DNA of 64,000 nt from Candidatus Lindowbacteria bacterium RIFCSPLOWO2_12_FULL_62_27 (lineage in GTDB: Bacteria > Lindowbacteria > 2-12-FULL-62-27): positions 327,614 to 391,613 of the forward strand of contig MFPR01000028.1 in NCBI GenBank assembly GCA_001784175.1. Reading direction: 5' to 3'. Both the position numbers and the translations under genes were made by a program. The notes below the pieces were generated by a model that saw only the letters and a list, made by a program, of their open reading frames with translations, was not told where the DNA came from and made no database searches. Below, in pieces: positions 18,629 through 28,442 of this stretch (its first letter is position 1; every line of letters starts with the position of its first letter).

Positions 18629-19050
18629 CCGGTGTAGGCGCGACCGGGCGGGTTCCCACTTTCTATCGGTAATCCTTCCTGGCTCCACCCCTTCATGGCA
18701 ATAAACCCGGATGGATCACGTGTGCCGCCGTAGCCGCCCTGAACATTGGCCAGAGACTCAAACCCCGCGGCTTCCAGTATCTGGCACGCCTTTTGCGACC
18801 GGCCGCCCGCCATACATCCGATCACCAAGCGTTTGGTTTTTGGGAATATCTTCTCCACCTTTTCCTTGAAATCCGGGTTTGGAACCATCTGTCCGGATTC
18901 ATCTCGAACCATCACCGGAACATTGTACGCCCCTTCCGGGTGCCCCGCCTCATATTCCTCCACGGTGCGAACGTCCAGATAGATCGCAGGATTTGTTGAA
19001 TCTTCCATTTGTTCAGACGCGATCCCGGGGGTAATCTGTTCGATTGCCAT
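18625..19050 (-). CDS. Rhodanese-like sulfurtransferase
   Basis: YLDVRTVEEYEAGHPEGAYNVP; active-site loop GCMAGGRS. Confidence 0.92.
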   Translation of the reverse strand: MAIEQITPGIASEQMEDSTNPAIYLDVRTVEEYEAGHPEGAYNVPVMVRDESGQMVPNPDFKEKVEKIFPKTKRLVIGCMAGGRSQKACQILEAAGFESLANVQGGYGGTRDPSGFIAMKGWSQEGLPIESGNPPGRAYTG

Positions 19051-19154
19051 TTGACTTCACCTCCACGATTTCTATGTTGCATTCCATCCTAGCATGGCAA
19101 TGGCATTAAGTTGAATACGTAACGTTTTTATCTCCCGATTCCGACAAGTACAGT

Positions 19155-20675
19155 ATGGACTCCCTCTTTGACCAGAACCGCCGGTTTCTGCAGTCGCGGT
19201 TTCCAAGCGCTTTGGAAGCCTACCAGAAGGCCGTGCCGCCGCCGGCGAGCGGGCCGGACTGGATCGAGCTTCCCCTGCCGCTGCCCGGCGCGCCCAAACT
19301 CAGGTTGTCGGCCGGGCATGACGCGTTTGTGGAGGAACATCAGAGAACGCTGGCCGGCGCCGCGAAATTCGCGGGCGCCATGGTCTGGGGCGTCCGGACG
19401 GCCGACGATCTCGAATTCTACTGGCATTCCCTTCCGCGCCGGCCTTTCGTCTATCTCGAATCCGACCCCGCCGTCTTCGCGCGCGTTCTGCAAAAGGTCC
19501 GGCTGGACCGGCTGTTCGGCGAGTCCGGCGCCCGCATCGCGTTCGCCAGCGACTGCGGGGAACTCATGTCGGAAATGGCCGTCGCGTTCGGCGAGGAGGA
19601 GTTGACGGCGTCCCGGATCGGGTTTCTCTTCGAACCCTCCCTCTTTTCCCGCCTGCTCGCCGAGGACCATCCGATGGGGCGATTCGTCAATCTGATTTTA
19701 AAAAATGTTTTTCTGAACCGCAGCGAGGAGGAAATGATGCAGGCGAAGGAGGGGCTCAAAGAGAAGCAGTTCATCGATAAAATATTTCCGCCCGCCTACC
19801 TCTACCAGTCGATGCAACGCTTCCTGAACCTCCTTGCGGTCGCGTCGCCCGGGATCCGCACCCTCTATCGCGAAATGACCCGGCCGGTGGACGCGCGGGC
19901 CGTTCTGCCGGTGTCCATCGTCATCCTCGCATGGAACCGCTGGGACCTCACCGAGCGGTGCCTGCGGGCGCTCTGCTCCCATCCGTTGCCGGCCGACAGC
20001 GAGATCATCGTCGTCGACAACGGCTCGACCGACCGCACGCCGGAGATGCTCAAGGCGCTCGCCGAAAGGCTCCCGCCGCTCCGGCCCCTGACCCTGCCCC
20101 GCAACCTGGGTCCGGCCGGCGGCCGGGACGAGGCGGCCAAGATCGCGCGCGGCAAAACGCTCGTGTTCCTCGACAACGACGTCGAGATCAAGCACGAACG
20201 CTGGCTCGACATTCTGCTGGAGCCGTTCCTGTTTTACCCCCGCGTCGGGTCCTGTGGGGCCTTCGGCGTCATCCACACGCACGACGAGTCCGAGACATGG
20301 TCGCAAAAAATCGTGTTCCCCGGACTGGTCGTACCGGTCTCGTGGATTTCCTCTTTTTGCCTTGCGGTCCGAAAGCAGGCGCTGATCGAGTGTGGCGGCT
20401 GGCGGCCCGATCTCTATCCGCTCTACGGCATGGAGGACGTCGCGCTCGGGTATGCGCTTCGCGAAGCCGGCTGGATCTCCGTCGTGCCGGGACAGTTCGT
20501 CCCCGTCACCCACGGCATGAACCACAAGGACGGGCACTACGACTACGATTTCGTGGACAGCGGAAAACGCAACTCCGAAATCTTCTCGAAAATCTGGGGC
20601 CCCCGCCGCCGCCTCCTCAACGCCGCACGCGGCAACCGGACCCTCGCCACCATCGTTTCCTCCCCTGCGGCGTAA
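19155..20675 (+). CDS. GT2 glycosyltransferase with additional N-terminal domain
   Basis: VSIVILAWN, VVDNGSTD, FLDND, GMEDV. Confidence 0.85.
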   Translation: MDSLFDQNRRFLQSRFPSALEAYQKAVPPPASGPDWIELPLPLPGAPKLRLSAGHDAFVEEHQRTLAGAAKFAGAMVWGVRTADDLEFYWHSLPRRPFVYLESDPAVFARVLQKVRLDRLFGESGARIAFASDCGELMSEMAVAFGEEELTASRIGFLFEPSLFSRLLAEDHPMGRFVNLILKNVFLNRSEEEMMQAKEGLKEKQFIDKIFPPAYLYQSMQRFLNLLAVASPGIRTLYREMTRPVDARAVLPVSIVILAWNRWDLTERCLRALCSHPLPADSEIIVVDNGSTDRTPEMLKALAERLPPLRPLTLPRNLGPAGGRDEAAKIARGKTLVFLDNDVEIKHERWLDILLEPFLFYPRVGSCGAFGVIHTHDESETWSQKIVFPGLVVPVSWISSFCLAVRKQALIECGGWRPDLYPLYGMEDVALGYALREAGWISVVPGQFVPVTHGMNHKDGHYDYDFVDSGKRNSEIFSKIWGPRRRLLNAARGNRTLATIVSSPAA

Positions 20676-20691
20676 TAGTTCAAAATCGAAG

Positions 20692-21126
20692 ATGCGCCGG
20701 GAGGTGGTCGTGGTCCTCCCCTACGCCGGCGGCCGAGTGCTCATGCACCTGAGGGACAGGAATGCGAAATACAATCCGGAGATGTGGGGATTCTTCAGCG
20801 GCGGCGTTGAACCCGGCGAAACGCCGATGGAATGCGCGCTCCGGGAAATCGAGGAGGAAATCAATTTGAAGCCGGCGGCGATCCATAAACTCGACAGCCG
20901 CCAATCGGAGGACCTCACCCACGTCGTTTCGCACGCCTTTTACTGCGCCCTCGATGTCCCGCTCGATTCGCTCATCCTGCGGGAGGGCCTCGATTCGGGA
21001 CTGTTTACGGTGGAGGAAATTGAGAGCGGGCAACTGTATTCCGGGAAATTCAAACGGCCTTTCCCGGTGGCGCCCTTCCGCTACATTCCGAACACCGTAA
21101 AAAGACTCTTCAAACGTCTCGAATAA
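20692..21126 (+). CDS. NUDIX hydrolase
   Basis: Nudix box GGVEPGETPMECALREIEEE. Confidence 0.9.
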   Translation: MRREVVVVLPYAGGRVLMHLRDRNAKYNPEMWGFFSGGVEPGETPMECALREIEEEINLKPAAIHKLDSRQSEDLTHVVSHAFYCALDVPLDSLILREGLDSGLFTVEEIESGQLYSGKFKRPFPVAPFRYIPNTVKRLFKRLE

Positions 21127-21159
21127 AACTCCGGAACCTGACTTTCGTCAGGACGGCCG

Positions 21160-22050
21160 TCAGGCGGGATTGCCCGTGTGCCGCGCGTGCACCAGGCAGT
21201 CGGTCTCCATGGTGTAGAGCCCGAAGAACCACCGGCCCTTCATGCTGCTCCAGTCGGGATTCAGGGTGTCCATGTCCACCGGATTGACGCCGTGCGTGAC
21301 CGTTGGGTAATTGATGACGGCGTCGCCGACCCGGGTCCTTCCCTCGGACGTGACCTCCCGGCCCTGCTGGTCGATGAAGTAGAGGCCGCCGGATCGAAAG
21401 TCCACGTCGAGCTGCGTCATCTGAATGCTCATGATGGTTCTTTGATGGCCCCACGGGTCCTGGTGCCGCTCGATGTAGCCGATCCCCGCGGGATAGTGCG
21501 CCACGACGATCCGGTCCACCAATCCGTCGCTCGGAATGTTGCGGACGCATTCGTCCGGGTCGAACCCGCCCCACTTCTTTGTGTAGGACCAGAACTCGTT
21601 GATCATCGGCCACACGCCGAACGGGTCCGGATTGTGGCGGAAGAAGTAGTAGTCATGGCGCGGATACTTCAGCGCGTATTTCTTCACAATGTCCGGCGTG
21701 ATGATCCGGTGAAAATTCGGGATGCCGTCCTGAACCTTGTGGAAACTCGGCTCGACGGTCTTGCCCCACTCGTGCAGCTCTTTCCGCAGCCTCCGGAGCT
21801 TGTCCTCCGGCACGACCCCGCGGATGATGTAGGCGTCGCCGGCGAACATCGACTCGGTGAATTCCCGGTCGTAACTGTCCACCCGCTTCTTGAATTCGGA
21901 GAATGTCACCTCCCGAAGCTCCCGCATGAACGCGGGCGCGTGGGAGGGCGCCTTTCCATCCGGCGGCACGCCGTTGAGACTTTCGAGTTCCGCCAGATAC
22001 TTGTTTCCCCCGCCGCTCCAGTACCTCTGAGAGGTTCGCAGATCCGCCAT
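21160..22050 (-). CDS. 2-oxoglutarate/Fe(II)-dependent oxygenase-like protein
   Basis: HxD (ERHQD), DFRSGGLYF, distal His (THGV), Arg in KGRW. Confidence 0.65.
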   Translation of the reverse strand: MADLRTSQRYWSGGGNKYLAELESLNGVPPDGKAPSHAPAFMRELREVTFSEFKKRVDSYDREFTESMFAGDAYIIRGVVPEDKLRRLRKELHEWGKTVEPSFHKVQDGIPNFHRIITPDIVKKYALKYPRHDYYFFRHNPDPFGVWPMINEFWSYTKKWGGFDPDECVRNIPSDGLVDRIVVAHYPAGIGYIERHQDPWGHQRTIMSIQMTQLDVDFRSGGLYFIDQQGREVTSEGRTRVGDAVINYPTVTHGVNPVDMDTLNPDWSSMKGRWFFGLYTMETDCLVHARHTGNPA

Positions 22051-22076
22051 GAAGTCAACCCGCCTTTCTTCGGAAA

Positions 22077-24119
22077 TTAAACTTGGACGGTGGCTGAATA
22101 GATGTTGGGCGCGAAGTAGGTGACCCGGGAACCGTTTTTCCCGGTGCTCATCGCATTGAAAACCCGGCTGCCACGCACATCCAGATAGTATTTCAAAAAC
22201 CGGTCCCGCGCGCCGTGGGACGGCAACATGTCTTCCACCTCATATACGAAGTGCCCCTCTTCCAGCGGCACGCGCCGGCCCTCCGACATTTGTTCGACAT
22301 AGTCGGGCACGTCATGCTGAAGCGTCAACGTCGGCGTCGGCGGGCCTTCCCAGTGCGCCAGAAAATGGCGCTGGGTCTTGAAAAGATCCGCCATCATGGT
22401 CTCCGGAACTTCGACGTTCCGCCGCTTCAGATACTCCCGCAAGAGTTGCTCCATCTCGCCGAAAAAGTCGTTCCGCCACGCCATGGTGATCAGGTACACC
22501 GCCTCCGACGCCGTCCAGTGGGCTTCGTCAAAGCCCGGGATCACGTTCAAGTAATCCCGGTTGTCGTTGAGCAGGCCGTCGATCCGCGCGTCCAAATACC
22601 GCATGATCCCCGCCATCTTGGGGTACCGGCCCGAGGGCGCCTCCGCCAGACAGTAATCGGCAAACCCGGTCACGGGAACGCTGTATTCGTTTTTCAGAAA
22701 CATGAGCGGCACAAAGTAGCTCCGGTGGTCGTACAGCGCCAGCGTGAAAAACGCCGTCTTGTAGGCCTTCCGCCACATCTCATGCGGCATGGTCTTGGTC
22801 GAGATCACCACGTCCTCGAATTCCTCCACCACCTTGTCGGAGCCGGCCGTGCGGTAAAACCCGAAGGGGATCCGGCGCGTCTTGATTTCGTGCTCCCGGA
22901 TCTGGTCCGGCAGGGCCATCTCTGTGTTTTCGAGAATGGAGGCCAGATACACGAAAATATGGTCGTCCAGAGAATTCGTCAGCATTTCTTCTATTCCCGA
23001 CAGAAACGTGTCATAGGTCTCCTCCGGCAGGGGCAGGATGAGTTCGGTGTAGGTGGGCATGTCCTCCCGGCTGAAGGCCTCTTTCAGTTCCCGGTACGTG
23101 CTGAGCTTGATGTTCGAGCGCTTGACAGCCTTCAGGGTCTTTTCGTTGGTGCTCTGCAGGGACAGCCCGACTTTAAAGCCGACGCCGCCCTTCCGGAGCG
23201 TCTTGGCGTTGCCCATCACCTTCATCGAACTGTTCTTGACCCAGCTCACCGACAGGTACCGCGGATTGCCGTATTTTTCCTTGACGGCGACCAGCATCTC
23301 GGCGATTTCCTGGTCGCGCATCTTGATCCCGAAATTCGCATCGGCGCAGTTGATGTAGGAGATGCCGTTCTTCCCCATCCACTCCAGTTCCTCCCGCAGG
23401 ACGTTGATGTCAAAATACCGGACCTCCATCCCAATGGCCGTGCCCCAGTTGCAGAACGTGCAGGAGAAGGGGCATCCGCGGTTCGTCTCCCAGATGACGC
23501 CCGAAAACCAGTCCTTGTGGCGCGTGTACAGATCCGTGAACGTCCCGTCCAGAAACGGCGAGGGAATCGCCGCCAGGTCCTGAACGAACGGCCGCTCGCC
23601 GGTGAACACATGCTCTTTCCCGTTCCCGACGCCGGCTCGGTACGAAATCCCCTTGACCGCCGACAAATCCGGCGTGGGGCTCCGCAGGTACGCCAGCGCC
23701 AAATCTTCGAGCAGGACTTCGTCGCTGTGACACAGAATGTCCACGCACGCGTGCTTGCGGAAAAATTCCGCCTTTCGATCCTCCAGGTTCGGCACCGAAG
23801 GACCGCCGAACACCACCACGGCCTCGGGATATTCCTGCTTGACCAGCCGTGCCACCGCCAGTGTCAGTTCAATGTTCCACATGTAGACCGAAAAGGCAGC
23901 GATGGTCGGATGGTCCATCCGCGCTACGATCTTGGCGGGATCCTCCCTCAAAAACAGGATCTCTTCGAGTCGGTACCCTTTGACAATGTCCGGATTTCGG
24001 CGCAGGACAGAATAAAGCCGTCCCGCCGAAAGAGGCATGAGGTTCTTGGAAAATCCCGTCGCAAACTGGCAGAGCTGGATGCCCGGTTTCTCAACTCGGG
24101 CGAATGCCGCAGGCGCCAT
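22077..24119 (-). CDS. B12-binding radical SAM protein
   Basis: N-terminal cobalamin-binding-type domain (FSVYMWN, VFGGP); ETNRGCPFSCTFC; DANFG. Confidence 0.9.
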   Translation of the reverse strand: MAPAAFARVEKPGIQLCQFATGFSKNLMPLSAGRLYSVLRRNPDIVKGYRLEEILFLREDPAKIVARMDHPTIAAFSVYMWNIELTLAVARLVKQEYPEAVVVFGGPSVPNLEDRKAEFFRKHACVDILCHSDEVLLEDLALAYLRSPTPDLSAVKGISYRAGVGNGKEHVFTGERPFVQDLAAIPSPFLDGTFTDLYTRHKDWFSGVIWETNRGCPFSCTFCNWGTAIGMEVRYFDINVLREELEWMGKNGISYINCADANFGIKMRDQEIAEMLVAVKEKYGNPRYLSVSWVKNSSMKVMGNAKTLRKGGVGFKVGLSLQSTNEKTLKAVKRSNIKLSTYRELKEAFSREDMPTYTELILPLPEETYDTFLSGIEEMLTNSLDDHIFVYLASILENTEMALPDQIREHEIKTRRIPFGFYRTAGSDKVVEEFEDVVISTKTMPHEMWRKAYKTAFFTLALYDHRSYFVPLMFLKNEYSVPVTGFADYCLAEAPSGRYPKMAGIMRYLDARIDGLLNDNRDYLNVIPGFDEAHWTASEAVYLITMAWRNDFFGEMEQLLREYLKRRNVEVPETMMADLFKTQRHFLAHWEGPPTPTLTLQHDVPDYVEQMSEGRRVPLEEGHFVYEVEDMLPSHGARDRFLKYYLDVRGSRVFNAMSTGKNGSRVTYFAPNIYSATVQV

Positions 24120-24142
24120 GTCCCGTCCCGGGGTGCGTCCGG

Positions 24143-25753
24143 CTAGAAGCCGAAGCTGACCGGGGTTGTCGCTTTTTCCCGGCTCATCTCGACCCCGGGA
24201 TAGGTCTGTGCGCCGGGAGACCGGTGATCGCCGTGGTGTTCCACCTCGGTCGTTTTCGAGCCGTTGTTCCCGTGGCCGTTCTTTTTCTCGCGCATTTTCA
24301 TCAGATTGTCCTGGACGCTCTTGAAGGTGCTCGTCCGGAGACCCTCCAGTTCATCCAGCGTGATGCCCATCATTTTGGAGAGCTTTTCCCGCTTCTTCTG
24401 GGTTCTGAAATTAATCCGTTCCCATTCATACGCGCGGATGATCGTGATGTCCTCGGGGGTCCACTCGTTGGACACGATCTGGGTGGTCGACCAGTTCATG
24501 TCCTTCATCTGGCCGCTCGTGTCCGCGTGGGTCGCCAGGAGATTGTTCTCCATCGCCATCTTCGCAAGCTCCGTGCCCTCCAGCGGCGTCGCGATGAAAA
24601 ACTTGGCGTAGTCCGGATCGATCTCCTGCGCGAACGCGAACGTCTGGCGGATCTCCTCCCAGGTTTCGGTGGGGAAGCCGATGATGAAGTTGGTGATGAG
24701 GTCCATCCCGGCCTCCTTGATCTTCATCGAGACATGCCGCGCCGACTCCAGCTTCACGGGCTTGTGGATGATGTCCCGCAGCACGCGCTCGGTCCCCGAT
24801 TCAACCGCGAGCGCCACCGAACAGCAGCCGGACCGCGCCATCAGATCAATGATCTCGTCGTTCATGTGAAACACCGCCACCGCGTGGGCCTTCCAGCTCA
24901 GGTTCATTTTCAGGTCGATCAGCTTGTTGCAAAATTCCTTGACGCGCGGCCGGTTGATGAAAAAGTTGTCGTCGTCCATCATGAAGGACTTGATCCCGTA
25001 GTCGGCCTGCAGCCACTGAAGTTCCTTGATGACATTGTCGACGCTCCGGTACCGGAAGGGCCCGCCCGTGATGAGTTCCACTTCACAGAAGGTGCAACCG
25101 ATCGGACAGCCCCGCGACGTCATCATGCGGGTATAGGGGTAGAGATAGGGGTGATCCACGGTGACCTTACCAACCTTGTTCGAGTACTCTCCATAATTGA
25201 CCATGTCCCAGGCCGGATACGGCAGGGCATCCAGGTTCTGAATGAAGGGGGCGCGCTGAAGCTTGTCGGGAATCGTCTGCTCTCCGTCTTTCCGGCCCAG
25301 AAACCCGGCCGGCGGAAATGAGCCGCGGCCGTTCAGATACTGGAGAAGTTCCTGAAAGACATACTCCCCTTCGCCGACGCAGATGTAGTCAAAATTCTTG
25401 TCGTTGTAGATGGTCTTGTACGAAACCGTCGCATAGACCCCGCCCACCACGGTGATGATATCCGGACTGATTTCCTTGACGTATTTCGCGCCAAGGTGAA
25501 CCGACTCCCAGTATTCGTTCGTAAGAAGGGTCAGGCCCACGAGGTCGGGATCCAGGTCTTCGATGATTTTCTTGAACTGTTCTGGAGTATAGTCATGCGC
25601 GTTCCCGTCCACGACCGTTACGTCATAATCCTTTCGGATCATCGCCGCCAGCAGACACAAGTTCATCGGATGGACATCCCAACTGGTTTTCCAGTTCCAG
25701 TCGATCCATTTCATGTTCGGCTGAACCAGCACGATCTTCTTAACGCCAGACAT
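24143..25753 (-). CDS. B12-binding radical SAM protein
   Basis: VVGGVYAT, GEGE, TSRGCPIGCTFC, DDNF, AVESG, FIIGFPTET. Confidence 0.92.
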   Translation of the reverse strand: MSGVKKIVLVQPNMKWIDWNWKTSWDVHPMNLCLLAAMIRKDYDVTVVDGNAHDYTPEQFKKIIEDLDPDLVGLTLLTNEYWESVHLGAKYVKEISPDIITVVGGVYATVSYKTIYNDKNFDYICVGEGEYVFQELLQYLNGRGSFPPAGFLGRKDGEQTIPDKLQRAPFIQNLDALPYPAWDMVNYGEYSNKVGKVTVDHPYLYPYTRMMTSRGCPIGCTFCEVELITGGPFRYRSVDNVIKELQWLQADYGIKSFMMDDDNFFINRPRVKEFCNKLIDLKMNLSWKAHAVAVFHMNDEIIDLMARSGCCSVALAVESGTERVLRDIIHKPVKLESARHVSMKIKEAGMDLITNFIIGFPTETWEEIRQTFAFAQEIDPDYAKFFIATPLEGTELAKMAMENNLLATHADTSGQMKDMNWSTTQIVSNEWTPEDITIIRAYEWERINFRTQKKREKLSKMMGITLDELEGLRTSTFKSVQDNLMKMREKKNGHGNNGSKTTEVEHHGDHRSPGAQTYPGVEMSREKATTPVSFGF

Positions 25754-25808
25754 AGGCTCCCCTCCTCATCAGGGTTTAGAGTTTTTCATCTATACGTATA
25801 GACTTGTA

Positions 25809-25837
25809 ATTCTATTCATATTTCCGAGACGTGTCAA
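25809..25837 (-). promoter_or_regulatory. Sigma70 promoter of the radical SAM operon
   Basis: On the minus strand: TTGACA (25837-25832), 17-bp spacer, TAGAAT (25814-25809); GAGGAGG RBS downstream. Confidence 0.8.
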
Positions 25838-25862
25838 GAAAAGACGACAAAAAAATCAGGTA

Positions 25863-26408
25863 TTAGGTAACCCCCAGAACCCGCTTCAACAACCCGATCG
25901 CCTTCGCCTGCAGAAACATCTGCGACCGGCTGATTCGGTAGATCCCGGCGCTTTCGCGCAAGTAGCCGGCGCCGACCAGTTTGGCCAGACGAATCTTCAA
26001 TATCGTCTCATCGCTGTAGGCGTCGCGCAACTCCGCAGGCGTCGCCGAGCCGCCGGGCCGTTTGTCCAGCTCCAGCAGGATCCGGATCCGCACGGCCGCT
26101 TCGCCCATGCCGAAGACCCAGGACAGATAATGGAGGGTGAGCAGGGAATAAACGGCCGGCGTGGAGAGACCTGCCAGCCGGCGGGCAGCGATCGTATACT
26201 CGGGAAAAATCGGCGCCGTTCCAATCAACCCCCACGCCCCTGCGCAGGCGGCCATAAAGCCGCACGCGAATGAGAACGCCAGCGGCAGCGTCAATTGCCG
26301 CGGTCTCAGATACCGGAACACAATCACATGAACGACCAGAAACAAGACAAAGGCTGCTGCGGCCGCGCCAAAGACATAAAGGTCAATCCCGTGGATCCCC
26401 GCCCCCAT
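25863..26408 (-). CDS. Hypothetical three-TM protein with small C-terminal winged-helix-like domain
   Basis: Three TM segments, then IRILLEL...RLAKLVGAGYL; similar layout to the upstream gene. Confidence 0.7.
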   Translation of the reverse strand: MGAGIHGIDLYVFGAAAAAFVLFLVVHVIVFRYLRPRQLTLPLAFSFACGFMAACAGAWGLIGTAPIFPEYTIAARRLAGLSTPAVYSLLTLHYLSWVFGMGEAAVRIRILLELDKRPGGSATPAELRDAYSDETILKIRLAKLVGAGYLRESAGIYRISRSQMFLQAKAIGLLKRVLGVT

Positions 26409-26411
26409 GCC

Positions 26412-26924
26412 TCAGCCCCCTGCCTCGAGCCGAAACAACTGCCGGTAGGCTCTCATCAGCCGCGCCACCCGCCGGCCGCCGGGTTGAAGCGTGTACCGGG
26501 CGCCATCGAATGCGATATACCCGCTGGCGACAAGGTCGTCCAGCCGGCTCTGAACGATTCTCTCGCCGGTCAGATAGTCTTTCAACTGCACATGGCTCGC
26601 TTCCGCGCCGGCCGACCGGTTCACGAACTCCAGGATCTTCATCGACGGACTCCCGTACGGAACAAGGTTGCATTCCAGGATGTAGCAGAGGCAGAACAGA
26701 AAAAAGAGCGCCATCGACGTGAAGGCCAGCGGCACGTTCCAAAATCCCGTCCCGGCGGGCATCCCTCCCCCGACGGCCCACACCGCCCCATACACCGCCA
26801 GCCACAGGACCGCCAGTCCAAGGAGTTTCGGAAGCTCCACGCACATGACACCGGCGCGGGCCAGAAGGATATGGGTGGCCACAAACAGGAGGAAAAACAG
26901 AACCCCCATCGCGAGCCAGAACAT
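26412..26924 (-). CDS. Hypothetical three-TM protein, probable paralog of the downstream gene
   Basis: The real gene is the 3' end of the 902-aa track ORF, starting MFWLAMGV at 26924; SPSMKILEFV...RLDDLVASGYI. Confidence 0.7.
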   Translation of the reverse strand: MFWLAMGVLFFLLFVATHILLARAGVMCVELPKLLGLAVLWLAVYGAVWAVGGGMPAGTGFWNVPLAFTSMALFFLFCLCYILECNLVPYGSPSMKILEFVNRSAGAEASHVQLKDYLTGERIVQSRLDDLVASGYIAFDGARYTLQPGGRRVARLMRAYRQLFRLEAGG

Positions 26925-26992
26925 GCCCGCGTTTCTACCGCCGCCGCCGCGTATTGTCAATACGCCGTCCACCGCCGCCGCGCGGGGCCGGT

Positions 26993-27021
26993 TTGACAAC
27001 TGCCGGCCGGACGGATATAGT
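26993..27021 (+). promoter_or_regulatory. Sigma70 promoter of hemN-GT2-NUDIX
   Basis: TTGACA 26993-26998, 17-bp spacer, TATAGT 27016-27021; AAGGAG RBS. A divergent TTGACA lies at 26960-26955. Confidence 0.78.
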
Positions 27022-27044
27022 TGGCCTGTGAAGGAGACACGAGG

Positions 27045-28430
27045 ATGAACCTGAATCCGGCGCTGATTGAGAAGTATTCGGTGATCGGCCCATACTATTC
27101 GAGCTATCCGCCCCTGGGCGAGTGGAAGGAGGATTTCCGGACGGCCGACTTTGAGCAGGCCCTCGGCCGGTTCTGCGCGGAGGACACGCCCGCCGAGCCC
27201 AACACGTACGCCTTCTATGCGCACTATCCGTACTGTATCCAGCTCTGCTATTTCTGTCTCTGTAACATGCGCGTGACGCAGGACAAGGCCGTGAAAGAGA
27301 GGGCCCTTCGCGCGCTCGCCCGCGAGATCGACTACTTCCGGCGATTCATCGACGCCCAGCCGCGCCAGCCCGTCTGCAAGGAAATCCATCTCGGCGGCGG
27401 CACGCCCTCCTTCATGGACAACGAGGATTTCGACGGATTCATCGCCGCCATCAAGTCCCTGGTCGACACCTCGACGGTCGAGGAATTCGCGATGGAGATC
27501 GACCCGCGGACCGTGACGCCCGAATCGATCACCCACTTCGCGACGAAAGGGATCAACCGGATATCGTTCGGGATACAGGATTTCAATCCCCGCGTCCAGG
27601 AGGCCGTCAACCGCGTCCAGCCCCTCGACCACGTCCGGGCCCTCCTCTCGCCTGAAATCCGAAACATCTACAAGAGCGTCAACTTTGACATTCTCTACGG
27701 TCTGCCCCTCCAGACCCGGCAGACGTTCCGGGAGACGATCGGGATCGTCAAGGAACTCATGCCGGAACGCATCACCCTCATCCGCTATGCCCACGTGCCC
27801 GGCATCAAAAAACACATGAAACTCCTCAACGAGGCCGACATTCTCTCCGAGAAGGAAAAAGTCTGCATGTTCATCGAAACGGTCGAAAGCCTCCTGGACG
27901 CCGGCTACGAGCACGTCGGGATCGACAATTTCGCCAAGCCAACCGATTCGCTCGGCAAGGCCTTCCGGAACAAGACCGTGTGGCGGAATTTCAGCGGGTT
28001 CACGCCCGGCCGCGTCAAAAACATGATCGGCGTCGGCCCGTCCGCCACCAGCATCTTTTCCGGCATCTACTCCCAGAACATCTACGACATCGGCGCCTAT
28101 CATCAGACCGTCGAGCGCGGCCAGTTCCCGCCGCTCGAACGCGGCTACCGCCTGCGCCGGGATGACCTGATCCGGCGCGAGGTCATCCTGAGGATCGCCT
28201 GCGACAACGACCTCGACTTCGACCAGATCGGCGAAAAGTTCGGGATCGAATTTCACACGTATTTCAAGGATGAACTGCAGTCGCTGGACGAGTTCGTGAA
28301 CGACGGCCTCGTGGAGCGGAACGGCCGCAGTCTCACTGTCACGCCGCTCGGGCGGTTTTTCGTCCGGCACGTCTGCAAGGTCTTCGACGGGTTTCTCAAG
28401 AGCAAGACCTATCAGATACACGGGACCTGA
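27045..28430 (+). CDS. hemN: Oxygen-independent coproporphyrinogen III oxidase (HemN)-like radical SAM
   Basis: GPYYSSYP, CIQLCYFCLC, HLGGGTPS, RISFGIQDF, YGLPLQT, RNFSGF. Confidence 0.85.
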   Translation: MNLNPALIEKYSVIGPYYSSYPPLGEWKEDFRTADFEQALGRFCAEDTPAEPNTYAFYAHYPYCIQLCYFCLCNMRVTQDKAVKERALRALAREIDYFRRFIDAQPRQPVCKEIHLGGGTPSFMDNEDFDGFIAAIKSLVDTSTVEEFAMEIDPRTVTPESITHFATKGINRISFGIQDFNPRVQEAVNRVQPLDHVRALLSPEIRNIYKSVNFDILYGLPLQTRQTFRETIGIVKELMPERITLIRYAHVPGIKKHMKLLNEADILSEKEKVCMFIETVESLLDAGYEHVGIDNFAKPTDSLGKAFRNKTVWRNFSGFTPGRVKNMIGVGPSATSIFSGIYSQNIYDIGAYHQTVERGQFPPLERGYRLRRDDLIRREVILRIACDNDLDFDQIGEKFGIEFHTYFKDELQSLDEFVNDGLVERNGRSLTVTPLGRFFVRHVCKVFDGFLKSKTYQIHGT

Positions 28431-28442
28431 GCCGGGCGTGAC

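Noticed and set aside
22077-25753. B12 radical SAMs as hopanoid enzymes HpnP/HpnJ/HpnR
   Set aside because: About 9 kb from hpnCDE across dnaG-rpoD, no shc in the window, and no diagnostic similarity I can support.
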